A stretch of 64,000 nucleotides of DNA, from the NCBI GenBank assembly GCA_048939625.1, contig JBHLPH010000003.1, positions 72,353 through 136,352 on the forward strand, written 5' to 3'. Below, piece after piece: positions 26,156 through 35,342 of this stretch. The DNA is from Promethearchaeota archaeon. Lineage in GTDB: Archaea; Asgardarchaeota; Hermodarchaeia; Hermodarchaeales; Hermodarchaeaceae. The position numbers and the translations under genes were made by a program. Each line of letters starts with the position of its first letter. The first letter of the stretch is position 1. The notes below the pieces were generated by a model that was given only the letters and a program-made list of their open reading frames with translations, searched no databases and was not told the origin of the DNA.

Positions 26156-27343
26156 TCATCCACTGGTTTGGAAGGAGAGGGCGCGGTGGGGGCAGATGCT
26201 CACACAGACACCGCAGCCATAACAGAGTTCGGAATCCACTTGGGCTTTTTTGGTTTTTGGGTTGACGGCTATTGCAGAATATGTACAGGATTTATTGCAG
26301 AGTCCACAGCCTGAACAGGCTTCTTCATCCACAGTTGGAGGAAGACTTTCGATTCGGAGTGTTTCTTTGGGAAGATGTTTAAGAGCAACACCACGAACGT
26401 CAAGGGGGGAGTCGTGCCCATGGTTTTGGAGGAATTCAGCAATTTCGGTAGCGATGCGTCCATATACGGAGTGACCTTCCAAGATAGCTGCCGTACACAC
26501 TTGGACTGCTGTGGCTCCACACATGAAGAACTCGATGGCATCGGCACCAGTGCTTACTCCACCAACGCCGATGACTGGTTTGGATGTTCCACGGGCAATA
26601 TCTGCAACACAGCGGACCGCGAGTGGTTTGATAGCAGGTCCCGAAAGCCAACCAACGCCTCCCGGACCACCAAGCAGGGGACGCCTTGTTTCGATATCAA
26701 TGTGCAAACAGGGTCCTAGAGTGTTAATTGCAACAAATCCATCAACATATTTCTCGACTGCCTTTGTGAAAATTGTCAGGTCTTTGACATGGGGACTCAT
26801 TTTTGCAAAGACTGGGATTTCGACGGCTTCCTTAATCGTTTTAGCGACTTGGTTGAACACTTTGGGATCTGTTTCAATGTAATGGGTGCTGAATTCTATA
26901 CCGTCGACACCCGCTTTTTCAACAAGAGGAGCAAGTTTCTGCAATTCGTCAGGAGTATAGCCTACAGAGGCAATCAGAGAAAGCCCTGCTTCCTTTGCTC
27001 GAGGGTACTCATGCTTAAGCCATTTTTTAAATGGTTTATCGCTCCAAAGTTCATGGTTCAATAAACCGTACGCACCGCGTACTCGTATTCGTTCAAAATG
27101 AACCACTTGGTTTTGCATGGCTGTAGCAAGAAGCCATTGGCTATGACCACGGTCAAGCGTTTGCATATTAGGTCGGGGAACTTCGGCAGGTTTGATACTG
27201 ATTGTTTTTGCAACTAAGCCACCTACTCCACCTCTAGCCGCCTGGAGTAGCGTCTCCCCATCCCGGCTAGTTGGTCCTGCCGCAGTTAACACGGGGTTTC
27301 GAAGCGGAATACCGGCAATATCAACATTCAAATTTACAGTCAT
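26156..27343 (-). CDS. Dihydropyrimidine/dihydroorotate dehydrogenase-like flavoprotein with 2x[4Fe-4S]; catalytic Cys absent
   Basis: NPVLTAAGP, VAKTI, FAKMSP, AINT, GWLSGPAIKP, GVGGV, VQVCTA; EFSTHY where ELNxSCP is expected. Confidence 0.85.
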   Translation of the reverse strand: MTVNLNVDIAGIPLRNPVLTAAGPTSRDGETLLQAARGGVGGLVAKTISIKPAEVPRPNMQTLDRGHSQWLLATAMQNQVVHFERIRVRGAYGLLNHELWSDKPFKKWLKHEYPRAKEAGLSLIASVGYTPDELQKLAPLVEKAGVDGIEFSTHYIETDPKVFNQVAKTIKEAVEIPVFAKMSPHVKDLTIFTKAVEKYVDGFVAINTLGPCLHIDIETRRPLLGGPGGVGWLSGPAIKPLAVRCVADIARGTSKPVIGVGGVSTGADAIEFFMCGATAVQVCTAAILEGHSVYGRIATEIAEFLQNHGHDSPLDVRGVALKHLPKETLRIESLPPTVDEEACSGCGLCNKSCTYSAIAVNPKTKKAQVDSELCYGCGVCVSICPHRALSFQTSG

Positions 27344-29280
27344 TAATCTTCCACCAATTTACCCATTTTTGCTAAATCGTCTGCAACATCGCTCAATCCC
27401 AATCGGACGAGTTCTGATCGCTTTGGAAGTCCATCTTTTGACCAATTTCGCACCTCATAATACTCGTCAAGCATTGGTTCTAGGTTACACACTTGTCCCT
27501 TTGCAGGACCTTCGGGAATGGGTTCTTCAGTGAAGCGTGGGTGTAGTTGTTCGTTTTCACGGGTTACTCCTTCTCGGACGTTGAAACAACGTCGAAGATT
27601 ACTTATGCGTTCAGCAATTATGCGGAGTTGATTTACGTCCCCAAATTCCTTGATTCCTGTAAGAGGTGCAAGCATCTCAGCAATAAGATCAAAGTAATAG
27701 ATAGGAGGCCACATGCTACCATATTTGCAAAGAATGACACTGTCAATTATCACATACAAATCTTCTTGGTCTTTGATAAGATGCCCTTTGTATGTCGTGC
27801 TGTGTAAATCCATTACGTCAGCAGCATGATCTTCACCGAACCGTTCAATAGCCACGTCAGGAAAACCGAGTTCCTCATAACAACTAAGACTACGTAAGTG
27901 ATCTGCACCGCGAACGTTAGTAGCATAAGTTAGTCCTACACTTTGCTGTGGTCGGGGATCTTGACCTGAGGCTTCGAGCCCTTTCACATGAATGGCAAAC
28001 CGCTCTGCCCCTTTCCCGATTTTCTGAGCTGCCCGCATGGACCCCTCAGCAAGCATGTTTCCAATCCCTTCACGGTGTGCGATTTTTTCGATAAGTGCTA
28101 TTATCGTTTTGTCGTTTCCCCACGACAAGTCAAGTCCATCGGCTTCTTTTGAGGAAATTAACCCGTTTTCAGCTGCTTCCATAAGAAAGGCAATGGTACA
28201 CCCTGTGCTGATGGTGTCTAGCCCATAACGGTTGCAGAGCTGATTCGCATAAAGAATGGACTCAATATTACTATTCAGGCAGTTGCTGCCAAAGGCCATG
28301 AGGGTTTCGTATTCGGGTCCCCCGGTTTTAACTTTGTAGGGACCTGATTTGACCTGAGACGTAAACTTACATTGTAAGGCGCATCCAAAGCAGGCTTCTC
28401 TGCTTGTACGGTAATGCTTCCGAATAGTTTCGGGACCAATGGCGTCAGCGTCTGGGTAAACACCAGTGGTATGGTTCTTTGTGGGAAGTCGTCCAATTTC
28501 CCCGATAGCGGTAACTAGATTTGTGGTTCCGTATTTTCCTAGGGATTCTTCGTTCATTTCTCCCCATTTTCCCGTTGTTGTCTGTTCGAAGGCTTTGCGG
28601 GAAGCTGCAAGGAATTTTCCATGCTGTGCAATTTGGACTCCACCCAACCCGCGGGCAGCAATCGCTTTGAGATGTTTACTTCCCATTACAGCACCCCCGC
28701 CCGCGCGTCCAGCTGCCCGATAATACGAACCAATAATTGCAGCGTACTTAACCAGGTTTTCTCCAGCTATACCAATGGATGCGACTTCAATATCATTGTC
28801 GCCATGCTCTTTTTTGATGAGATCGGTAGTTTCGGTTGTGTCACGAGTCCAAAGATGCGAAGCATCCAGAATCTTCACATCTTTATTCTGAACCATAAGG
28901 TAGACGGGATTGGGTGCTTTGCCATGAATAAGTAGCATATCAAACCCCGCATATTTCAGTTGAGGTCCCCAATGTCCTCCACAATGTGCTTCGCCCCATA
29001 CACCAGTTAGGGGTGATTTGAACGCTACCATGAAACGCCCAGAAGGCGAGAAGAATGCTCCTGTAACGGGACCAACACCAAATATCAGAGGGTTCTTCGG
29101 ATCAAGAGGATCGGTTCCAGGTTTAACTCGTTCCCACAGGATTCGTGAAGCAAAGCCCGTTCCCCCGAGATAACCTTTCGCAAAATCACGATCCAAAGGC
29201 AGTATTTCAACCTTAGAATTTGTCAAATCAATATCCGCGATTCGACCAGCGTATCCATAATAAACGTCTTCCTTACTCAT
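27343..29280 (-). CDS. aor: Aldehyde:ferredoxin oxidoreductase family (second paralog)
   Basis: KSPLTG, LKYAGFD, GAVMGSK, CFGC...C, GPEYET, GLDTIS, RGADHL. Confidence 0.93.
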   Translation of the reverse strand: MSKEDVYYGYAGRIADIDLTNSKVEILPLDRDFAKGYLGGTGFASRILWERVKPGTDPLDPKNPLIFGVGPVTGAFFSPSGRFMVAFKSPLTGVWGEAHCGGHWGPQLKYAGFDMLLIHGKAPNPVYLMVQNKDVKILDASHLWTRDTTETTDLIKKEHGDNDIEVASIGIAGENLVKYAAIIGSYYRAAGRAGGGAVMGSKHLKAIAARGLGGVQIAQHGKFLAASRKAFEQTTTGKWGEMNEESLGKYGTTNLVTAIGEIGRLPTKNHTTGVYPDADAIGPETIRKHYRTSREACFGCALQCKFTSQVKSGPYKVKTGGPEYETLMAFGSNCLNSNIESILYANQLCNRYGLDTISTGCTIAFLMEAAENGLISSKEADGLDLSWGNDKTIIALIEKIAHREGIGNMLAEGSMRAAQKIGKGAERFAIHVKGLEASGQDPRPQQSVGLTYATNVRGADHLRSLSCYEELGFPDVAIERFGEDHAADVMDLHSTTYKGHLIKDQEDLYVIIDSVILCKYGSMWPPIYYFDLIAEMLAPLTGIKEFGDVNQLRIIAERISNLRRCFNVREGVTRENEQLHPRFTEEPIPEGPAKGQVCNLEPMLDEYYEVRNWSKDGLPKRSELVRLGLSDVADDLAKMGKLVED

Positions 29281-29783
29281 TTCTTGGAACCTCCGGTGAT
29301 GATGTGAAGATAATCGGCTGCTCTTTTCACGCCTTTCTCCCTAAGTCGGGCCGTTAATCCACTTGGTTCAAGATACAATATCGCTCCACGAGGACAAAAT
29401 TGAGCGCACATCGCATACCCCTCACATAAATCGCATTTCACGGTACGACCATCCGTTGTATCAATATGGATACCCCCAAATGGACAGGCAATAAGACATT
29501 GATGACAACCAATACAATTCTCCTGATTGATACAAACGGCATTCGTCTGGGGATTACGATAAATCGCATCTGCAGGGCAACTTTCCATACAGAGAGGAAC
29601 CTCACAATGTTGGCAGATTACTGGGATGTTTACTCCACTTTTTTCATCACGTATAATAGTGAGGAGCGCACGGGAAGGGTTGTATTCCTTGTTATGTCGG
29701 AAGGAGCAGACGAGCGTGCATATGCCACAGCCCGTGCATTTCTCTGGGTCGACAACTAGAACCTTATGCGATAACTTGTTCAT
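29277..29783 (-). CDS. Multi-[4Fe-4S] subunit of AOR
   Basis: Four Cys clusters (CTGCGICTLVC, CQHC..CMESCP, CIGCHQCLIACP, CDLC..CAQFCP). Confidence 0.9.
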   Translation of the reverse strand: MNKLSHKVLVVDPEKCTGCGICTLVCSFRHNKEYNPSRALLTIIRDEKSGVNIPVICQHCEVPLCMESCPADAIYRNPQTNAVCINQENCIGCHQCLIACPFGGIHIDTTDGRTVKCDLCEGYAMCAQFCPRGAILYLEPSGLTARLREKGVKRAADYLHIITGGSKK

Positions 29784-29877
29784 AGAAATTCACGCCTTGA
29801 AAAATGGGACATAGAAGCCTTAAAGGGTTACTCGATTACCATTATTCACCCATTCGGTTTGTTTGGAGTGTATTATT

Positions 29878-31209
29878 ATGCGTACACTGATAAAAAACGC
29901 ATTAATTGTCACGATGGATCCAAAGCGACGTGTCCTCCCCAATGCTGACCTTCTAATTGAGGATACGCATATCGCAGCAGTTGGTCCTAATCTGAAGGAC
30001 TCTGCTGACAGGGTCGTTGATGCCACCGGTCGTATATTGTTGCCTGGATTCATTTGTGGTCACACCCACCTCTATGGGATCATGCTTCGTGGAGCCCCCC
30101 TGGACATCAAACCTACAACTGATTTTCTCCAGATTCTCGACCGTATATGGTGGAAAGTGGATTCAGCATTTGTCAACGAGGACGCTTATGCAAGTGCCTT
30201 AGCCTCCTGTTTTGAGTTTATTCGTAGCGGGACCACATGTTTTGCCGACACCTATTCAGGACCAGGTTCAATTGAGGGAGTTTTAGATGCTGTTGCAAAA
30301 GGTGTCACAGAAACAGGGATGCGAGGAATCTTGGCTTTCGAGGCAACAGAAAGGAATTCAAAAGAAGAAGGTGAACGTGGACTCAAAGAGAATGTCCGCT
30401 TTCTCAAAAAGCTCCAGAAAAAACCGAATGAGCTTCTTTCTGGAATGTATAGCCTCCACGCTTCTTTCACATTGAGTGATGAACTTATTCAAAAGACCCG
30501 CGAACAGGCTGACCAGTTACCTGCCCCACTTACTATTCATACTAGCGAAGGACTCATCGATGTGTATCATAATATCGAAAGATATGACAAACGCACCGTT
30601 GAGCGCCTGTTTGATTTGGGACTACTTGGATCTGATGTGATATTAGCCCACTGTGTTCATGTTAATCATGACGAGTTACAACTCATTAAAGCTAGTGGAG
30701 CCACAGTTGCCCATAACCCCATGAGCAACATGAATAACGCAGTTGGTGTGACCCCCGTCAAAGAAATGTATGAATTGGGTATACCGGTGTGTTTAGGCAA
30801 TGATGGATTCATCTTCGATGCCATTGAAAATATTCGCACGGCTTATCTCATACATAAGGTTCATCACCTCGATACACGTGTAACAACTCCACAGCAAGTC
30901 ATTGAGATGGCTACGATTAATGGGGCGCAAGTCTACGGACTTGGAGATAAGTTAGGATCCATCGAACCAGGGAAAATGGCAGATTTAGTAATACTCCACC
31001 CCAATCCACGAATTACCCCATTACTTCCAACTGGAGTTTATGGATATATTGTGTATGGTTGCACCGCACATGACGTAGAGCATGTTTTCGTGAACGGTAA
31101 GAAGGTTGTAGAAAATCACCAAGTAGTTTCTGTCGATGCAGAAATTGTGGAAAAGGCGCTTGGACGCGTCGTACCAACGCTTTGGGAAAAACTTGGAATC
31201 GACCTCTAA
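29878..31209 (+). CDS. ssnA: SsnA-like amidohydrolase
   Basis: CGHTHLY...RG...DFLQILDRIWWKVD, GTT, SIEG, FEATERN...ENVRF and LHASFTLSD parallel E. coli SsnA motifs (recalled, not aligned). Confidence 0.75.
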   Translation: MRTLIKNALIVTMDPKRRVLPNADLLIEDTHIAAVGPNLKDSADRVVDATGRILLPGFICGHTHLYGIMLRGAPLDIKPTTDFLQILDRIWWKVDSAFVNEDAYASALASCFEFIRSGTTCFADTYSGPGSIEGVLDAVAKGVTETGMRGILAFEATERNSKEEGERGLKENVRFLKKLQKKPNELLSGMYSLHASFTLSDELIQKTREQADQLPAPLTIHTSEGLIDVYHNIERYDKRTVERLFDLGLLGSDVILAHCVHVNHDELQLIKASGATVAHNPMSNMNNAVGVTPVKEMYELGIPVCLGNDGFIFDAIENIRTAYLIHKVHHLDTRVTTPQQVIEMATINGAQVYGLGDKLGSIEPGKMADLVILHPNPRITPLLPTGVYGYIVYGCTAHDVEHVFVNGKKVVENHQVVSVDAEIVEKALGRVVPTLWEKLGIDL

Positions 31210-31493
31210 AGTACTCCTCCAGCTACAGGTGGAAATAAAGCAACGACATCGCCATCTGTGAGAGGTGTTTCAAGACCCTTAAGAAGATGAAGCCCTCGGC
31301 CATTTAGTAAGACTTTGATGTACCTGCGAAGTTGACCATTTTCATCAAAAATGATATTGCAAAATTTCTGCCCCCGTTCTTCACAGAGTTGGCTGAGTAA
31401 ATCACTCACGGTGCGCCCTTTGAAATTCACTGTTAATTGATGAAAACCGAATTGATCAGAAAATGGCCCAATTGTTCTAACGGAAACGTGCAT
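31206..31493 (-). CDS. MoaD/SAMP ubiquitin-like protein ending GG-VL
   Basis: VLLNGR...LTDGDVVALFPPVAGGVL*. Confidence 0.88.
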   Translation of the reverse strand: MHVSVRTIGPFSDQFGFHQLTVNFKGRTVSDLLSQLCEERGQKFCNIIFDENGQLRRYIKVLLNGRGLHLLKGLETPLTDGDVVALFPPVAGGVL

Positions 31494-31609
31494 CTATTAG
31501 ATTCTCCGATTCGGCAAAGGTTTGGCGCTAGATAAACATGCTGGTATCCTTCTTCTTTGAGAAACCCAATCCTTAATAAGAATAAATCGCATGCTCACTG
31601 CTGATTCCC

Positions 31610-33001
31610 ATGGCAGATTTGATTATTGATGAGGCAACTGTCATAACCGTGGATCCAAAACGACGTATTATTTCCGATGGAGCAGTAGTTGTGGAAGACC
31701 AACGGATTATCGCTGTTGGAAAATCTCATGAAATCAAACAGAAGTTTAGTGCTGACACAAGGATATCAGGAAAGAACAAGATACTCATCCCGGGTCTCAT
31801 TGACTGTCACGTACACCTTGCTCAAGCCCTGATTCGTGGAACTGCTGACGATGTGGATCTAATTCCCTGGCTTCGTGATTACGTTTGGGTTTTACAGGGT
31901 AACTTTACACCTTCAGACGGGAAGGTAAGTGCAGAACTTTGCATTGCCGAGATGCTAAAATCAGGAACTACGAGTTTTCTTGAAAGTATGATTCATAAAC
32001 GGTATGGGATGGATGGAATAGCTCAGGTCGTTGAAAAAACTGGTATTCGTGGTTGCCTCTCGAAACTTTTCATGGATTGGACTGGATATGCTGATGAAGA
32101 AGCGATTATGTATGAGGGGATGATTGAAGATCCTGAGGAGTGCATCGCTGAAACTGTATCGATGCATAACAAGTGGCAAGGCGCTGCGGATGGTCGAATC
32201 TTTATTTGGTGGGGAGCTCGGACACCTGGTGCGGTTAGCCCTGAATTGTATCGCCGTGTTGCTGAGTTAGCCCGGAAACGCCATATGGGAATTACCATGC
32301 ACCTCGGTGAGGTAAAAGAAGACGTCGAGTATACAAAGGCACAGTTCAATCAGCTGCCTGCAGAATTCGCACGCGATGTAGGGATGATGGGTGATAACGT
32401 CGTGTTAGTACATGGGGTCTGGATCACTCCTGAGGAATTCCCGATTTATGTTGAGACTGGAACTCACATGTGTCACTGTCCAGCAAGTAATTCTAAGCTT
32501 GCTTCAGGCATTGCGCTTATCCCCGAAATGCTTGCAGCGGGTATCAATGTTTGTTTGGGTTGTGATGGAGGACCTAGTAATAACGCCTATGATATGTTCC
32601 GAGAAATGTTTCTGGCGGCAGTAATCCATAAAGCACGAACACTGGATCCCCTGACAATGCCAGCTGAAACCGTTTTAGAAATGGCTACGATTAATGGTGC
32701 AAAAGCCATTGGAATGGAAAAAGAGATTGGAAGTATTGAAATTGGAAAACGAGCAGACTTGGTACTAATAGATACAACTCAACTAAACCTTGCTCCAACA
32801 TACAATCCTGTGAGTAATATTATCTATGCAGCGAATGGCTTCAATGTGTATACTACAATCGTGAATGGGCAAATCCTTGTTCATGAAGGAAAACTTCTGA
32901 TCATGGATGAAGAGAAAGTTATCGAAACCGCAAGAAAACACGGAGAACAACTTCTCGAACGAGCAGAAGTTGAAATTCAAAGTCGATGGAAAACAGAGTG
33001 A
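31610..33001 (+). CDS. Amidohydrolase, TrzA/AtzA/MtaD-like deaminase (HxHxxQ type)
   Basis: DCHVHLAQ, MHLGE, HGVW, HCPASNSKL, LGCDG. Confidence 0.88.
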   Translation: MADLIIDEATVITVDPKRRIISDGAVVVEDQRIIAVGKSHEIKQKFSADTRISGKNKILIPGLIDCHVHLAQALIRGTADDVDLIPWLRDYVWVLQGNFTPSDGKVSAELCIAEMLKSGTTSFLESMIHKRYGMDGIAQVVEKTGIRGCLSKLFMDWTGYADEEAIMYEGMIEDPEECIAETVSMHNKWQGAADGRIFIWWGARTPGAVSPELYRRVAELARKRHMGITMHLGEVKEDVEYTKAQFNQLPAEFARDVGMMGDNVVLVHGVWITPEEFPIYVETGTHMCHCPASNSKLASGIALIPEMLAAGINVCLGCDGGPSNNAYDMFREMFLAAVIHKARTLDPLTMPAETVLEMATINGAKAIGMEKEIGSIEIGKRADLVLIDTTQLNLAPTYNPVSNIIYAANGFNVYTTIVNGQILVHEGKLLIMDEEKVIETARKHGEQLLERAEVEIQSRWKTE

Positions 33002-33153
33002 ACTACCTTTGTAAGATTGCAGGGGTTTTCATCGAGTCCCCCTCAATTCAAAATTAGCGTGATAGCAGATTAATTCTTTAAAGCGATTCAATTAAATTGA
33101 AAAGATTAAAAGGACCTCTCGATTTAGTCGCAGTAATTCAAGGTGACTCAAAT

Positions 33154-34215
33154 ATGGGTGTTAATATAGTTGGTAAATACCATGGCCGTGATTGGTTGAC
33201 TATCCAGGAATGGAGCCAAGAAGATTTACAAACGTTGATTGATGCAGCAATCGAAATAAAAGAGCTGCAAAAGGCACGAAAACCCCATGATTATCTTGCC
33301 AGACAAACCTTGTTTATGATTTTCTTCAATCGATCTTTACGAACTCGAAACTCATTCGAGGCAGGCATGACTCAAATGGGTGGTCACGCCCATTTCCTCT
33401 CTCCGCAGGATGTTTATCGACCTGCTCTGCCTGATGATGAAGAAGCATATACCAGTGAAAGGATTTCAGATGTAGCACGAGTTCTAGCACGGATGGGCGA
33501 TGGGATTGCGATTCGCATTTATGGATCACACGCTAAGTGGATTTATGGTCGCGGTCACCGCATTCTTCGTGAATTTGCTAAATGGTCAGATATTCCCATT
33601 ATTAACATGGAAGATGACGTTTATCATCCCTGCCAAGCGATGGCGGACATGCAAGCTATTCAAGAACATTCACCCAATGTGCAAGGAAAAAAGTTCGTCA
33701 TGAGTTGGGCCTATAGCCCGAGTACGCAAAAACCACTTGCTGTTCCACAGAGTGGGATATTGATGGGTACTAAATGGGGAATGGATACGGTATTGGCTCA
33801 TCCAAAAGGCTTTGAACTGGATCCGAAAATCATTGAGATGTGTGAGAAAAACGTTGCCGAGTATGGAGGGTCCTTTGAAATAACTAATGATATGGAGGAA
33901 GCTTTCGCTGGTGCTCATTACGTATATCCAAAGTGTTGGACAAGTAAACATCACATTCCTCCGATTGCTCCCGCCGAGGACTGGGAGGGCGCTAAGAAGC
34001 TATTTGAAGCAAATAAGGATTGGATTGCGACTCCAGCGAAAATGGATCTTGGAGCAAAAGGCGTCAAGTATATGCATTGTTTACCAGCGGATCGGGGGTT
34101 TGAAGTAGCCGATGAAGTCTTAGATGGCAAATGGAGCATCGCGTTTGATGAAGCTGAAAATCGACTCCATACTCAGAAAGCCATTATGGCTGCAATTATG
34201 GGTCAACCCCAGTAA
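33154..34215 (+). CDS. Carbamoyltransferase, YgeW/AOTCase-like (knotted) type
   Basis: SLRT, HPCQ, SWAYSPSTQKPLAVPQS (YgeW has WAYSPSYGKPLSVPQG), YPKCW, HCLP, EAENRLH. Confidence 0.88.
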   Translation: MGVNIVGKYHGRDWLTIQEWSQEDLQTLIDAAIEIKELQKARKPHDYLARQTLFMIFFNRSLRTRNSFEAGMTQMGGHAHFLSPQDVYRPALPDDEEAYTSERISDVARVLARMGDGIAIRIYGSHAKWIYGRGHRILREFAKWSDIPIINMEDDVYHPCQAMADMQAIQEHSPNVQGKKFVMSWAYSPSTQKPLAVPQSGILMGTKWGMDTVLAHPKGFELDPKIIEMCEKNVAEYGGSFEITNDMEEAFAGAHYVYPKCWTSKHHIPPIAPAEDWEGAKKLFEANKDWIATPAKMDLGAKGVKYMHCLPADRGFEVADEVLDGKWSIAFDEAENRLHTQKAIMAAIMGQPQ

Positions 34216-34230
34216 TAGGTGCACGCAGAT

Positions 34231-35250
34231 TTAGAGCAAGTTATCCTCGCTCATTACTAACGAGAGAAGCCCCTTCTGTAGATGCAACCGATTCTCTGCC
34301 TGATCAAAGATAACACTTTGAGGGCTGTCGACAACTTCGTCAGTGGCTTCCTCACCACGAAAGACAGGAAGACAATGCATATAGATAGCATCTTTGCTAG
34401 CTAAATCCATAAGTTCGGAATTACAAATCCAGTCTTGATATTTCTCATGGAGTTGGGCTTCCGTTTCTTCCCCCCATTTATCTATGCCGACGGCTGAGCA
34501 TTCTGCACTCATCCATGACCGCGGATAGACAACGTGAGCACCCGAGTATGCATCTTTGATATTATTGGTTATGGAAAAGTCGCCGCCAGACTCATGGGCA
34601 TTTTGATGACACCATTCCATAATTTCCGGGTCTAATTCGAAACCCGGAGGATGAGCAAGCGTAACATCCATTCCAAATCGTGTAGCCGTTAGAATAGCAC
34701 TCTGCACACTACACCATGAGCGGGAGTGACGGCTATATGCCCATGAAAATAAGAACTTCTTTCCTTGTATTTTCGGAAATTTCTCTTGTACTGTCATCAG
34801 GTCGGTGAGCGATTGGCAGGGATGAAACTTGTCATCTGCCATATTGATAATGGGTATGTCAGAATATTTAGCATAGTCACGTAAGACTTGGTTGCCCCGT
34901 CCATAGATGTATCCAACCGCTTTTTCAAGAATACGAATACCGATACCGTGACCATATCGAGCTAGTGTGTTCGCAGTGTCTTTCACACTTTCTCCTTCAC
35001 CAAGTCGCATCGCACCAGGTTCAAGGAATTGCGCGTGTCCACCTAGTTCGGTTAAAGCCGCTTCAAAGCTGGCGCGAGTTCGTGTGCTGGTATTGTAAAA
35101 AAGCATGAAAAACGTCTTATCCGATAAAAGGTGTGGCGATTTTCCTGCCTTGGTTTTTTTCTTCAAATCTTTTGCGAATCTGAGAACTGCTTCGAGTTCT
35201 TCTCTAGTCCACTCCTGGGTGGTTATCATGTCTCGGCCACGAAGATCCAT
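34231..35250 (-). CDS. Second carbamoyltransferase paralog (convergent)
   Basis: STRT, HPCQ, SWAYS, YPRSW, HCLP, QAENRLH. Confidence 0.88.
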   Translation of the reverse strand: MDLRGRDMITTQEWTREELEAVLRFAKDLKKKTKAGKSPHLLSDKTFFMLFYNTSTRTRASFEAALTELGGHAQFLEPGAMRLGEGESVKDTANTLARYGHGIGIRILEKAVGYIYGRGNQVLRDYAKYSDIPIINMADDKFHPCQSLTDLMTVQEKFPKIQGKKFLFSWAYSRHSRSWCSVQSAILTATRFGMDVTLAHPPGFELDPEIMEWCHQNAHESGGDFSITNNIKDAYSGAHVVYPRSWMSAECSAVGIDKWGEETEAQLHEKYQDWICNSELMDLASKDAIYMHCLPVFRGEEATDEVVDSPQSVIFDQAENRLHLQKGLLSLVMSEDNLL

Positions 35251-35342
35251 ATTAATCAGCTTCAGAATCTAAATATGTGGATGCGGTGGAGCCAAAACCT
35301 TTTGAAGCTTTCGAGAGGACGCTAACGGGAAGGGATTTCGTC

